Source: Candidatus Paceibacter sp. (GTDB taxonomy: Bacteria > Patescibacteriota > Patescibacteriia > S139-126). Taken from it: DNA of 64,000 nt. The stretch's first letter is position 1; each line of letters opens with the position of its first letter. Location: contig DYGA01000001.1 in NCBI GenBank assembly GCA_020724865.1, positions 89,438 to 153,437 of the forward strand, in the 5' to 3' direction. The position numbers and the translations under genes were made by a program. Positions 51,722-61,869 of the stretch are shown one piece after another. The notes beneath the pieces are model-generated. The model saw only the letters and a list, made by a program, of their open reading frames with translations, was not told the origin of the DNA and did no database searches.

Positions 51722-54388
51722 TTAATACCGATTCGCGTATTCCTGGGCTTCTTCAAATTTGACTGATAATAAATCCGACACACCATCTGCCCCCATGGTT
51801 ACTCCATACAAAATATCTGCTTTTTCCATAGTTGCCCGATTGTGCGTGATTACAATAAATTGAGTGTGTTTAGAAAGTTCCGAAATAATTTCAGCAAAGC
51901 GTAAAGAATTAGCTTCATCTAAAGCGGCATCAACTTCGTCTAAAACCACAAATGGCGATGGATTATTAGCAATCATAGCACAAATCAAGGCAATTGAAGT
52001 CAGGGCTCTTTCCCCACCAGATAACATAGCAATGCCTTTCATTTTTTTACCCGGAGGCGTGGCTTTAATCTCTATACCCTGAATAAATTTCTTACTATTA
52101 TAAAATTTTTTCAACTCGTCTTCTTCTTCGGCTAATTCTTTATCCAACTGATTCATTTCATCTGTTTCTAACGATGTTTCTTCTTGATTATCTTCCTCTT
52201 CATTGTTTTTTTCATCATCACTTGTCAATAACACCAATTCGGCTCGCCCGCCACTAAAAAGTATTCGAAAATATGTATTAAATAATTCGCCAATCTTCTT
52301 GAAATTTTGACTAAACTGTTTACTTATAATTTCATCAAGTTCAATAATTGTGTCTTTTAACTTGGTCATAGCTGCTGCTAAATCATCAACTTGAGCAGTT
52401 AAAAAATCATATTTTTCTTTAACTGTTTTATATTCTGCCACTGCTTCGGGTTCAATTCCACCTATCATTTCTCTTCTTTTTTTCAATTGTTCAATGCGTG
52501 CCACCAAGTCATCTTCAGTTAATTCATCTTGTAAAACCGGTGGATTTAATTTCCACATATCAACTAGGGCAGCTAAATAATCACCTAACTCGCGATGAAC
52601 CTCTATAGCCAGATCTTCTTCTTTAGCATCATATCTAGCTAATTGGGCCGTTAGCTCACCTATTTGTTGTTGTAAATTTTGCGCATTTTGTTGTGCGAAC
52701 TGGAGTTCAGCTTGTTTAGCTAATAATTTTTCTTTCTTCTGTTGTTCTATTTTATTAAACTCTTTTAAATTTTTAGTAACTACTTCGATTTTTTTATTTA
52801 TCTTAGCTATTTCATCTTTTACGCTTTTTTCTCCGGCTGATATTTCTACTTGATTACCTGGAGAAGCAACTATATGTTCAAGTTGTTGCCATTCAAGTTG
52901 TAATTCCTCTAAACGTTGTTCAATGTTGGAAATATTTGTTTCATAAATTTTTTCTGCCAAAATCAATTCATTTATTTCGTTGACTAAATTATCGCGACTA
53001 AAAATTATCTGCTGTAAAGCTTCTTTTAAGTCTTGGATCACCTGTTTATTCTTTTGAGCATCTTTAGCTGTCACTATTTCTTGAACAAAATTTTGCAAAA
53101 TTTCTTCCCACTGTGTCAAAGTGACCACGACATCTTCTTTAGATAGATCAGGTTTTTTTGACCAATCATTTCGACGTTGTTTTATTTGTTTTATAATATC
53201 GGTTAATTTTTCTTGAGCACTAACAATCAAAACATTACTATCTTGAACCTCCAATAGTTTATTTTCGATTTTTTTAAATTCATCAACCAAATTTACTTGT
53301 TCTTGTTTTTTTGCCTTTAATGTTTCCTGCAGTTGTTGATTTTTTAGTTGCCAACTGGCTAACTGCTTTTGATTTTGATCGATTTTTTCTTTTATTTCTT
53401 CTTTTTTTCTTTTTGCCCACAAAACATCATGACCTTTTGTTTGAGCAATGTCTAAATCTTTTTTTCCTTCATATATAGCTAATTGCCGCTGATATTCTTG
53501 TTTAATATTTTGCAACTTTTCATATTCTTCTTGGAGTTTGTTGTATTCTTCTTCACGTGACGCACTTAAACCCTCTTGTTTTAGTTGAGTAATCAAATTG
53601 GTAATTACTTTTTCCTGTTCTAACAACTGATCTTTAATTTGATCTCTCTTATTTTTTAGTTCCTGCTGAAGTAAAATATTTTTGTGCCACCTGTGGTAAT
53701 ATAAATAATTTTGGTAAGCTTTTAATTCTTTTTCTACTAACTCTTTTTGTTCTAATCTTCTTACCTGTTTAGTCAACATTTTCAAGTGTGGTTCCATCTC
53801 TCCGATCATCAACTTTCCTTGTTTCATATTTATATAAGCTCGTTCTAATTTGTGTAAAGCTTGGTCTCGTTTTAACTGATACTGCTTTACGCCCGTGGCC
53901 TCATCAAAAAAATCTTTTCTTTCAGTTGGCGTTGCGATTAAAACCGCATCAATTTGTCCCTGACCAATTACTGAATAAGTGCGATGACCAATGTTAGCTT
54001 TGGCCATAAGTAGTTGGATATCAGTTAAACGAGTCTTAGCGTTATTGATTAAATACTCCCCTTCACCAGATCGATAAAATCTTCTGGTAACAACTAATTC
54101 TGAATAATCTATTGGCGCACTATTATCTTCATTATTGAAAAACAAAGAAACTTCAGCCATGCCCAATCTAGCTTTTTTGTCTGACCCGGCAAAAATTACA
54201 TCAACTGACTTTTTGCCCCGAATTGATTTCATTGATTGTTCGCCCAATACCCATCTAACTGCATCAGCGATATTAGATTTACCACTACCATTGGGTCCTA
54301 CTATAGCGGTGATACCACGAACAAACTTTAATTCAACGTCTTGAGCAAATGATTTAAAACCATTTAATTTTAATTTTTCTAAATACAT
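51722..54388 (-). CDS. smc: Chromosome segregation protein SMC (compact, 888 aa)
   Basis: N-terminal Walker A GPNGSGKSNIADAVRWVLGEQS, long coiled coils, a hinge, and C-terminal LSGGERALTSIALICAM…VLDEVDAALD. Confidence 0.9.
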   Translation of the reverse strand: MYLEKLKLNGFKSFAQDVELKFVRGITAIVGPNGSGKSNIADAVRWVLGEQSMKSIRGKKSVDVIFAGSDKKARLGMAEVSLFFNNEDNSAPIDYSELVVTRRFYRSGEGEYLINNAKTRLTDIQLLMAKANIGHRTYSVIGQGQIDAVLIATPTERKDFFDEATGVKQYQLKRDQALHKLERAYINMKQGKLMIGEMEPHLKMLTKQVRRLEQKELVEKELKAYQNYLYYHRWHKNILLQQELKNKRDQIKDQLLEQEKVITNLITQLKQEGLSASREEEYNKLQEEYEKLQNIKQEYQRQLAIYEGKKDLDIAQTKGHDVLWAKRKKEEIKEKIDQNQKQLASWQLKNQQLQETLKAKKQEQVNLVDEFKKIENKLLEVQDSNVLIVSAQEKLTDIIKQIKQRRNDWSKKPDLSKEDVVVTLTQWEEILQNFVQEIVTAKDAQKNKQVIQDLKEALQQIIFSRDNLVNEINELILAEKIYETNISNIEQRLEELQLEWQQLEHIVASPGNQVEISAGEKSVKDEIAKINKKIEVVTKNLKEFNKIEQQKKEKLLAKQAELQFAQQNAQNLQQQIGELTAQLARYDAKEEDLAIEVHRELGDYLAALVDMWKLNPPVLQDELTEDDLVARIEQLKKRREMIGGIEPEAVAEYKTVKEKYDFLTAQVDDLAAAMTKLKDTIIELDEIISKQFSQNFKKIGELFNTYFRILFSGGRAELVLLTSDDEKNNEEEDNQEETSLETDEMNQLDKELAEEEDELKKFYNSKKFIQGIEIKATPPGKKMKGIAMLSGGERALTSIALICAMIANNPSPFVVLDEVDAALDEANSLRFAEIISELSKHTQFIVITHNRATMEKADILYGVTMGADGVSDLLSVKFEEAQEYANRY

Positions 54389-54395
54389 TTATAAA

Positions 54396-54878
54396 TTAAC
54401 TTAAAATCTGCCACAAAAAAACACTAAGCAAAGAAATACCAATAATTAGTTTTACAAAACTACCAGTCATCAAACCTAAAAAAGTTCCCCAAGTAGCTCT
54501 GACAGCTAAAGGGTGGGGTTTACCATCAATTAATTCGCCAACAAAAGCACCAACAATCGGTCCTAAAAATAGTCCTGGAAAACTAAACACAACAGAACCA
54601 AACAATGCCCCCAAAATTGCTCCCCAAAAACCTGATTTAGAAGCGCCATATTTTTTAGCGCCAATAGCACCAGCTGAAATATCCAATAAAATTGTGGCAA
54701 AAACAATTATTCCAAAAACAACAATAGAAGTTAGAGTAACCTTGTCCCAGTCGGTTAAAAAACCGTAAATAACATAACCTATATACATCAGGGGGAGACC
54801 AGGGATAAATGGAACAACTATACCAACCAAACCAACAATCATAATGGCTAAGGCCAATAAAATAAAAAATATATTCAT
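54396..54878 (-). CDS. DUF456-family membrane protein
   Basis: Four hydrophobic helices and a GIVVPFIPGLPL motif. Family recalled. Confidence 0.5.
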   Translation of the reverse strand: MNIFFILLALAIMIVGLVGIVVPFIPGLPLMYIGYVIYGFLTDWDKVTLTSIVVFGIIVFATILLDISAGAIGAKKYGASKSGFWGAILGALFGSVVFSFPGLFLGPIVGAFVGELIDGKPHPLAVRATWGTFLGLMTGSFVKLIIGISLLSVFLWQILS

Positions 54879-54881
54879 AAT

Positions 54882-55622
54882 TTATGAATTCATTTTATTT
54901 AACGCTTCTTGAGCAGCGGCAACCTGAGCTTCTTGTTTGCTGTGACCCTGACCTTTAGCTATTAATTCACCATCAACAAATACGCCGATTTCAAACAACT
55001 TATTGTGATCGGGTCCTTCTTCTTTTAAAACTTTATATTGTGGTGTTACTCCTTTTTTTTCTTGAATCAGTTCTTGAAAACGAGTCTTGGGATCAATATA
55101 TAAATCGTTAGCCAAAATGTAATCTAATTTACTAATTATATAATTTTTGACAAATTTAGCTGCCTGTTCATAACCTCGATCCAAATAAATTGCTCCTATA
55201 ATTGCTTCAATAGCGTTGGCCAAAATAAAGTTTCTGGCCTTGCCACTTTTATCTTTTGCTTCGCCTTTAGACAAATATAAATATTTTTCTAATTGTATTT
55301 CTTTAGCCACTTCAGCGCAACGCGTAGCATTTACTAAACTAGCCCGCCAATTTGTCAATTCGCCTTCAGGGTTATCAAAATGATGATACAAATAATCAGT
55401 CACTACTAATTCCAAAACCGCATCGCCCAAAAATTCTAAACGTTCATTGTGAGGTAAATGAAATTTAGGATGCTCATTAAGATAAGAGCGGTGGACTAAA
55501 GCTTGTCGCAGTAAATCTTGATTGATAAATTTTATACCAATTATTCTTTCCAAAGAGTCAAGTTCGCGCATAATCTTTTGACCAGATTGATTGGTAAATA
55601 TTTCTCCCAATGGGAGACGCAT
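54882..55622 (-). CDS. rnc: Ribonuclease III
   Basis: ERLEFLGDAVLELVVTDYLY catalytic signature and a C-terminal dsRBD. Confidence 0.9.
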   Translation of the reverse strand: MRLPLGEIFTNQSGQKIMRELDSLERIIGIKFINQDLLRQALVHRSYLNEHPKFHLPHNERLEFLGDAVLELVVTDYLYHHFDNPEGELTNWRASLVNATRCAEVAKEIQLEKYLYLSKGEAKDKSGKARNFILANAIEAIIGAIYLDRGYEQAAKFVKNYIISKLDYILANDLYIDPKTRFQELIQEKKGVTPQYKVLKEEGPDHNKLFEIGVFVDGELIAKGQGHSKQEAQVAAAQEALNKMNS

Positions 55623-55637
55623 TTACCAAGCAAAGGG

Positions 55638-56516
55638 CTAAGTATTAATAATTATATTTTTTGCTTTTTGCCATAATTCTTTAGCCTGATCATAGCCTAA
55701 TATATCAGCCACCTCATCATAATCATACCATTTTGCGTCTTTCATTTCACCTACATTCTGAGCTGGTGATAATTCGCTATCTTTAGCTTCAATTAAATAC
55801 ATGTAAACTGTTTTAGGATAGGGTTGAATATTGGGCTCTCTTACCACCAATTCCAATTCTCCGATTTTTTCACCAACAATCAAATCTTTCAATCCTAACT
55901 CTTCACCAATTTCTCTTTTCACTGCTGCAATTGGATCCTCATTGGGTTTAATTCTGCCCTTGGAAAAGGTCCACCGACCGTGACCATCTAATATCAAAGC
56001 TACCTTTATACTGCCATCTTCAAAACGGCGCCAAACGATTCCTCCAGCAGAAAACTGGCGCTCTCCTAAAACCGGTTGATCCATACCTTGTTTTTCGCCT
56101 TTTTCTTGCATGACTTTATAAATAGAGCCTAACACACCATTAACAAACTTACCTGAAGAATCTCCTCCAAAACTTTTTGCCAATTCAATTGACTCGTTGA
56201 TGGCGACTTTGGGCGGAATATTTGGAGAAAATTTAAGTTCATAAATTCCTAACCGTAAAACATTTCTATCAATACCAGTTATTTGATCTAAAGGCCATTC
56301 CGGAGCATAACTTACTATTAATTTATCAATTTCAGCTAGTTTTTCTACTGTTCCGTATAATAAATTTCTCGCAAATCCTTGATCATCAAAATCAGGAGCA
56401 AATTCTTTAAAATTATAATCCAATATCTGATCCAATCTTCCTTTGGGCATGCCATGAAAATCCCATTCAAATAATGATTGTAAGGCTAAGGTACGAGCTA
56501 GATGACGATTGGACAT
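55638..56516 (-). CDS. nusB: Fusion protein: N-terminal NusB transcription antitermination factor plus C-terminal NUDIX hydrolase domain
   Basis: NusB: RHLARTLALQSLFEWDF, GIDRNVLRLGIYELKF, VAINESIELAKSFGGDSSGKFVNGVLGSIYK. NUDIX box: GRIKPNEDPIAAVKREIGEELGL fits GX5EX7REUXEEXGU exactly. Confidence 0.8.
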   Translation of the reverse strand: MSNRHLARTLALQSLFEWDFHGMPKGRLDQILDYNFKEFAPDFDDQGFARNLLYGTVEKLAEIDKLIVSYAPEWPLDQITGIDRNVLRLGIYELKFSPNIPPKVAINESIELAKSFGGDSSGKFVNGVLGSIYKVMQEKGEKQGMDQPVLGERQFSAGGIVWRRFEDGSIKVALILDGHGRWTFSKGRIKPNEDPIAAVKREIGEELGLKDLIVGEKIGELELVVREPNIQPYPKTVYMYLIEAKDSELSPAQNVGEMKDAKWYDYDEVADILGYDQAKELWQKAKNIIINT

Positions 56517-56521
56517 AACTT

Positions 56522-56728
56522 TTAAATTTTGGCTTTACTATTTTTTTTCGGAAAAGAGATTTTAATAATCTCCTTCCCCTTATAAAATCCACAATTTTTA
56601 CATACTCGATGAGGACGTACTGGATTACCACAATTTGGACATTTACCTAATTGTAAGTTTGACTTTCCCTGCTGGGATCGTCTCCGACGGCCTTTACTTC
56701 GAGACAGTCTTTTTGCTGGAACACTCAT
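56522..56728 (-). CDS. rpmF: 50S ribosomal protein L32 (zinc-ribbon type)
   Basis: MSVPAKRLSRSKGRRRRSQQ… and CPNCGNPVRPHRVCKNCGFY. Confidence 0.8.
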   Translation of the reverse strand: MSVPAKRLSRSKGRRRRSQQGKSNLQLGKCPNCGNPVRPHRVCKNCGFYKGKEIIKISFPKKNSKAKI

Positions 56729-56790
56729 AATTTTTTTATTAATTAAAACTATTCAATAACATACCAGAAAAATACCTTTTTTGTCAAAAA

Positions 56791-56813
56791 AACCGCTGTA
56801 CTGAACAGCGGTT
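56791..56813 (-). terminator. Terminator after the 328-aa surface-protein gene (aaccgctgt-actga-acagcggtt; U-tract on the minus strand)
   Basis: Perfect 9-bp stem. The A-run on plus at 56784-56790 becomes the U-tract on the minus strand. Confidence 0.7.
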
Positions 56814-56834
56814 CAATAAACATGCTTATAACTT

Positions 56835-57821
56835 CTATTTATTAATTTTTTTCTTTTCCTGCCAATACCATAAATATAACAAAACCGTAGCCACTCCCAA
56901 TATAAATAAACCTGTATAACGATTTCTGCTTTCCCGTTCTTGATTTTGTTCGGTAACTATTGTATCTTGATTTGTCTCACTAATACTAGAAACTTCTTCA
57001 CTAGTAGATTCTAACACTTTGGCTTTTAAATTATCGCTGCCAGTTTGAGTTAAGATTTCAACTTGAGCATCGGATTTTTCTTCAACAATCTTAACCGTAC
57101 CGGAAGCTGGTTGATCAATTACTTGATTTGTAACCGTGTTTAAACTATCATCACTATCTTCAATTTCGCCTTTGGTTATTTTTTGTTGTTCTGTTTTAAA
57201 ATTTATAATTTCACTTTTTTTACTAGGTTTTCCGCTTGCATCATAAGCCACCGCATATACCTCATGAACTCCATTCAATAAATTTCTGGCTTTGAACCAA
57301 AAATTAGTTGTTCCTGAAGGATGGTTAGGAACAGCAAAATCAGCCGCTAAATTTCCGTCAATATATATTTTTACCACCGAATCGTTTTTGATTAAACCCT
57401 TAATTAAAATATAATCAGTAAAATCTTCTGGGGCAAATAAAGTTGGGGCCGGCGTGGGTGGACTGACTTTATAACCAATAATACCTCCTAAATCAGAAAA
57501 TTCATTATTATATTTTCCTCTTACTCTAAACTCATGCCACCCTAAAGGCAAATCTTCTTGTGGAGACCAACCAAAACTGGCCGTTCCTGAACTGTCTTTA
57601 ACCACTTTGGCAAAACCTTGGGAAACTTCGTCCATAAAAACTTCTACCTCAACTTCATTGGGCGTCCAACCAATAACCCAAGGTCGATAAGAATTATCTG
57701 CTGAGTGCACGACATTATAAATTTGCGGGATAGGAACTTTAGCCTGCGCAATCTGTGCTGAAAAAACTAAAAACAAAAATAATGGTAAAACTAAATAAAA
57801 ACTAAAAAAATATTTCTTCAT
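56835..57821 (-). CDS. Secreted/cell-surface protein with a signal peptide and a C-terminal TM anchor, hypothetical
   Basis: Signal MKKYFFSFYLVLPLFLFLVFSAQIAQA, a beta-rich middle, a Ser/Thr/Glu-rich linker and C-terminal LFILGVATVLLYLWYW. Confidence 0.5.
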   Translation of the reverse strand: MKKYFFSFYLVLPLFLFLVFSAQIAQAKVPIPQIYNVVHSADNSYRPWVIGWTPNEVEVEVFMDEVSQGFAKVVKDSSGTASFGWSPQEDLPLGWHEFRVRGKYNNEFSDLGGIIGYKVSPPTPAPTLFAPEDFTDYILIKGLIKNDSVVKIYIDGNLAADFAVPNHPSGTTNFWFKARNLLNGVHEVYAVAYDASGKPSKKSEIINFKTEQQKITKGEIEDSDDSLNTVTNQVIDQPASGTVKIVEEKSDAQVEILTQTGSDNLKAKVLESTSEEVSSISETNQDTIVTEQNQERESRNRYTGLFILGVATVLLYLWYWQEKKKINK

Positions 57822-57913
57822 AAAAAAACATACATAGTTAAGATTTTATTTATGAATTTTAATTTTTTTAGATAATTGCTACAAGTAGAAAAAATGTTGA
57901 AAAACTGTGTAAT

Positions 57914-58360
57914 TCAATTTAAACTGACATTCTCAAAATATTTTATTTTTACTTTTTTCTCAATTTTATCCAAAAATACACTGCAGACATCTATTTGAAA
58001 ATTTACTTTATTTAGCCATCCTTTGTTTTGCATAAAAATATATGAGCTTCTTTGTAAATTTTGCAATTTGTATTTATGAACTGCTTCGTAAGGTTCGCCC
58101 CAATCGCGAGAAGTTCTGGTTTTAACCTCAACAATTCTTACTCCTTGATCATTTCTGGCTACCAAGTCAATTTCTCCCAAACGGGTGAAATAATTTTCGG
58201 CAATTATTTCAAATTTATTTTTCAGTAAATAATATTTTGCCGCCTGTTGTCCATATAATCCTAATTTTTGTTTATAATTCAATTTGTCAAAATCTTCTCT
58301 AGATAAAAAATCAGCCAGTTTAAAACTGGCTGGCATTAAATTTGTTTCAAAAAATTTCAT
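57914..58360 (-). CDS. yraN: YraN-family (UPF0102) endonuclease-like protein
   Basis: GEIDLVARNDQGVRIVEVKTR motif. It is adjacent to rnhB as in many bacteria. Confidence 0.7.
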   Translation of the reverse strand: MKFFETNLMPASFKLADFLSREDFDKLNYKQKLGLYGQQAAKYYLLKNKFEIIAENYFTRLGEIDLVARNDQGVRIVEVKTRTSRDWGEPYEAVHKYKLQNLQRSSYIFMQNKGWLNKVNFQIDVCSVFLDKIEKKVKIKYFENVSLN

Positions 58361-58761
58361 TTTCGTCCGGGTAAATATTGACCATAAATAGCAGTGCGTT
58401 CTAAATTAATTTTTTCTTCTTTTCTTTTACGAACAAAATATTTTACAATAAACGCCAACCAAATAAATGCAGTTAGAAAAATTATCAACAACCAAAAGCG
58501 CGAAGAAAAAAATGGAACTAATTGTTGCCGCATAAACCAATAGATAACCGCCAATACAGATAAAGTTAATAAGCAGTTGCTTAATTTAATCAACGTTTTT
58601 TTTACTACACCTTTATTATTATTTTTATAAATAAAATAAACTTTCAGCAAAAAGCTAACAAACAATACGGTCAAAGAAATAATCAGAAAAATATTTCCTG
58701 TCCGACCCCAAACCGATGGGTATAGTTCAAACCAATAAGTAATATCTAAATATTTATTCAT
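58357..58761 (-). CDS. Membrane protein (3-4 TM), hypothetical
   Basis: ORF overlapping the yraN start by 4 nt, with hydrophobic helices. Confidence 0.4.
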   Translation of the reverse strand: MNKYLDITYWFELYPSVWGRTGNIFLIISLTVLFVSFLLKVYFIYKNNNKGVVKKTLIKLSNCLLTLSVLAVIYWFMRQQLVPFFSSRFWLLIIFLTAFIWLAFIVKYFVRKRKEEKINLERTAIYGQYLPGRK

Positions 58762-58773
58762 CGTGTTAATATT

Positions 58774-59331
58774 TTAGTTTATTTTCTCATATAACAACCC
58801 GTAATGATACTCGCCGGGAACAAATTCTTCTAATAATTTTAATTGATTATTATTATTTAACAAATTTTTTATCTCTTCAACTCCAACTCTTTGATTTAAT
58901 GGCGGACCAAGAGGAATATTATTTTTTTTCCAATCTATTATCAATAATTTTCCTCCGGGTTTTAAAAAACGTATGGCTTCTTGTAAAAAATTCTGTCTGT
59001 GCTGTGACTGATATAAGGCATGAATAACTAAAACAAAATCCAATAAACCAACGGGTATCTTGGTAGCTCCCAATATCTCTAAATTAGACCAAACCGTTTT
59101 TATATTTAAAAGATTGTGCCTTTGGGCCTCACGTTTAATAGTCTCTAAACAAGATTTCATTATATCAACCGCATAAACCTGACCATGACCACCAACTATC
59201 TGAGCAGCGGTTAGGGTAAAATAACCATTACCACAACCTAAATCAGCTATTTTCATACCCTTTTCTAATCCGATGTGTTTTAAAATCTCTAATGGGTTTA
59301 ATAATTTTGTTCCAGTAGCTACATTGGTCAT
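58774..59331 (-). CDS. Class I SAM-dependent methyltransferase
   Basis: Motif I DLGCGNGYF and motif post-I. Confidence 0.7.
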   Translation of the reverse strand: MTNVATGTKLLNPLEILKHIGLEKGMKIADLGCGNGYFTLTAAQIVGGHGQVYAVDIMKSCLETIKREAQRHNLLNIKTVWSNLEILGATKIPVGLLDFVLVIHALYQSQHRQNFLQEAIRFLKPGGKLLIIDWKKNNIPLGPPLNQRVGVEEIKNLLNNNNQLKLLEEFVPGEYHYGLLYEKIN

Positions 59332-59393
59332 AATGTTCTGGTAATTTTAATCAATTTAATTTTAACAAAAAACAAAAAAAAATAACAGATTAT

Positions 59394-60023
59394 TTAATTA
59401 AACTTAATATTACTTAAAAAACTAATTCGATGCTGATTACTAATACCATATTTTTTTATTGCTTGTAAGTGTTCTGCAGTACCATAGCCTTTATGTTTAG
59501 CAAACTGCCAGCGATTATCCTTCAGATCTAAACTTTTCATTAAATTATCTCTATACACTTTGGCTATAATTGAAGCAGCGGCTACTGAAAAAAAATTACT
59601 ATCGGCTCTTATAATACCTTGATTTGCTACTACTAAGGGTAGGTCCTGCCAAAAATCAACCAAAACAAAATCGGCTTGTTTTTTTAAATTTTTAAAAGCT
59701 CTAAGCAAAGCTTTGTGGTTAGCCTTATTTATGCCTATTTTTTCTATCTCGGCCACAGTTACCACACCGACCGACCATATTAAATTTTTAATTATAGTTT
59801 TATATAATAATTGTCTTAGCTGAGGATTCAATTTTTTCGAATCATTAACTTTCTGTAATAAATAATTTTCCTTTTTTCTTAAATCTAAACCATCTTCAAT
59901 CAACACACAGCCGGCTACTATGGGACCAGCCCAAGCCCCTCTACCGGCTTCATCCAAGCCGGCTATTTTCTTATAGCCTAATCTAATTAATTTTCTTTCT
60001 TTATTTAAATTCATTTTAATCAA
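59394..60023 (-). CDS. rnhB: Ribonuclease HII
   Basis: GLDEAGRGAWAGPIVAGCVL catalytic DEDD region. Confidence 0.9.
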   Translation of the reverse strand: MIKMNLNKERKLIRLGYKKIAGLDEAGRGAWAGPIVAGCVLIEDGLDLRKKENYLLQKVNDSKKLNPQLRQLLYKTIIKNLIWSVGVVTVAEIEKIGINKANHKALLRAFKNLKKQADFVLVDFWQDLPLVVANQGIIRADSNFFSVAAASIIAKVYRDNLMKSLDLKDNRWQFAKHKGYGTAEHLQAIKKYGISNQHRISFLSNIKFN

Positions 60024-60542
60024 ATGTATACAATTTGTGTATAAAATACTAATAAACTAATAATAACTTATGTATAAAAATATCAACAACGGTGTATAAA
60101 TTGAAAACAATTATTTTTATGTGTTTTTTAGCTAATATTAAATAAAAAAATAATATTGACCAACTTTATTTCTCAAGTTAAATTTAATTTGGAGAAATTT
60201 TTTTCTTTTTCATGATTATGAAATTTAAAAAACAATTCAAGATAATTTTTGTTTGGCGCAGGCGCTACCGCCAACATGTTAGATCTTGGCATAACAGTCT
60301 ATTTTATAAAAATAAAACCACTGCACCGCTTAATCAATACTTTTCTTGGAAGCAAAAAGCGGCTATCAACAACCACCGTGGTATTGGCAACGCTCTTCAC
60401 AAAGTTTAAAAAATAACAAGCCCTTGTGACTAAACTTTTTAGTTTGGCATGAGCTAAAATGTCCCTAGTCATAAGAGTTTGTGCAAAAAGCAGGGCAACA
60501 AGCATGGGGAATAAATGCACTCTAGCCCTGTTTTTTGTTATC

Positions 60543-60572
60543 TAAAAAAGCCATTAGTTTGTCTAATGACTT
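60543..60572 (-). terminator. Rho-independent terminator 20 nt after the gdhA stop (agtcattag-acaaa-ctaatggct + U-tract, minus sense)
   Basis: 9-bp stem with one G·U pair. The plus-strand A-run at 60544-60549 is the U-tract on the minus strand. Confidence 0.6.
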
Positions 60573-60591
60573 TTTTATATTTAAAAAATGG

Positions 60592-61857
60592 TTATTGTTT
60601 TGCTTTCATGCTGTCTACAATTCTTTGCACCGCCAAAATAAACGAAGCGGTTCTTAAATCAACTTGTTCATCCTGTTGAATCTGCCAAATATCAGTAAAA
60701 GCATGTTGCATAATTTGACCAAGTTTTTGATTTACTTCTTTTTCTGTCCAATATTGGTTCTGTTGATTTTGTAACCATTCAAAATAAGAAACAGTTACTC
60801 CACCAGCATTTGCTAAAACGTCAGGAACGATTATTTTTTTCTTTTTTAATAATTTTTTTTCGGCTAACGGAGAAACTCCACCGTTGGCCATTTCTAATAT
60901 TATCTTTGCCTTAATTTTATTTACATTTTTTTCATTAACAGCGTTTTCCAAAGCAGCGGGCACAATAATATCAACTGGTAATTCAAGTATTTCTTGATTA
61001 GAAATGCTTGGATAATTTTTACAATCACACACGCTACCAATACAATAACAACCATTTTTAAACCCTTTCTCTTTTTTTTGCTTAATTAAATTGTCTGGAT
61101 CCATGCCTTTTAATTTTTTGTCAAATATTCCGCCTTGGGAATCAGAAACCGCTACAATTCGCCAACCAGCTTGGTGTAAATATTTAGCAATATAATAACC
61201 CACATTACCAAAACCTTGAATGGCTATGGTGGATTTTTTTGGATTTAATTTTAACTTTTTGGCTAAATCTGAAAATATATAAAACCCTCCTAAACCAGTG
61301 GCTTCAGTCCTGCCCAAAGAACCTCCGTAAGCCAAGGGTTTGCCAGTAACCACGCCCAAATTACCATCACCTTTTAATTGGTTGTATTCATCTGCCATCC
61401 AAGCCATTATTTGCGGATTGGTATTGACGTCGGGCGCTGGTATATCAAGATTAGGACCAATAAAATCTTTAAAAGCTCTAATATAACCACGAGATAACCT
61501 TTCTAATTCATAAACAGATAATTTTTTAGGATCAACGGTTATTCCGCCCTTACCTCCACCTAAAGGAATGTCTACTACCGCAGTTTTTATCGCCATCCAA
61601 AAAGATAGGGCTTTAACTTCATTTAAATTGGTTTGGGGATGAAATCTAATTCCGCCTTTAAAGGGACCGCGAGCATTATTGTATTGAACCCGATAACCGG
61701 TAAAAACTTTAATTCTACCGTCATCCATTCTAATCGGAATAGCAGCTTCTAAAATACGTTGCGGCTGTTTTAATTGCTCCAAAATATCTGCCGATATATT
61801 TAAATATTTCTCTATATTTTGTAGCTGAACAAGAGCATTCTTAAATAAATTTGTCAT
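60592..61857 (-). CDS. gdhA: Glutamate dehydrogenase (Glu/Leu/Phe/Val dehydrogenase family)
   Basis: GGGKGG active-site region and Rossmann GFGNVG. Confidence 0.9.
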   Translation of the reverse strand: MTNLFKNALVQLQNIEKYLNISADILEQLKQPQRILEAAIPIRMDDGRIKVFTGYRVQYNNARGPFKGGIRFHPQTNLNEVKALSFWMAIKTAVVDIPLGGGKGGITVDPKKLSVYELERLSRGYIRAFKDFIGPNLDIPAPDVNTNPQIMAWMADEYNQLKGDGNLGVVTGKPLAYGGSLGRTEATGLGGFYIFSDLAKKLKLNPKKSTIAIQGFGNVGYYIAKYLHQAGWRIVAVSDSQGGIFDKKLKGMDPDNLIKQKKEKGFKNGCYCIGSVCDCKNYPSISNQEILELPVDIIVPAALENAVNEKNVNKIKAKIILEMANGGVSPLAEKKLLKKKKIIVPDVLANAGGVTVSYFEWLQNQQNQYWTEKEVNQKLGQIMQHAFTDIWQIQQDEQVDLRTASFILAVQRIVDSMKAKQ

Positions 61858-61869
61858 ATTATTAGTTTA

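Noticed and set aside
60212-60520. ORFs 60212..60409(+) and 60299..60520(-) in the gdhA-rnhB spacer
   Set aside because: They are mutually overlapping on opposite strands, have no credible RBS, and show low-complexity basic composition. They are probably non-coding, though an sRNA remains possible.
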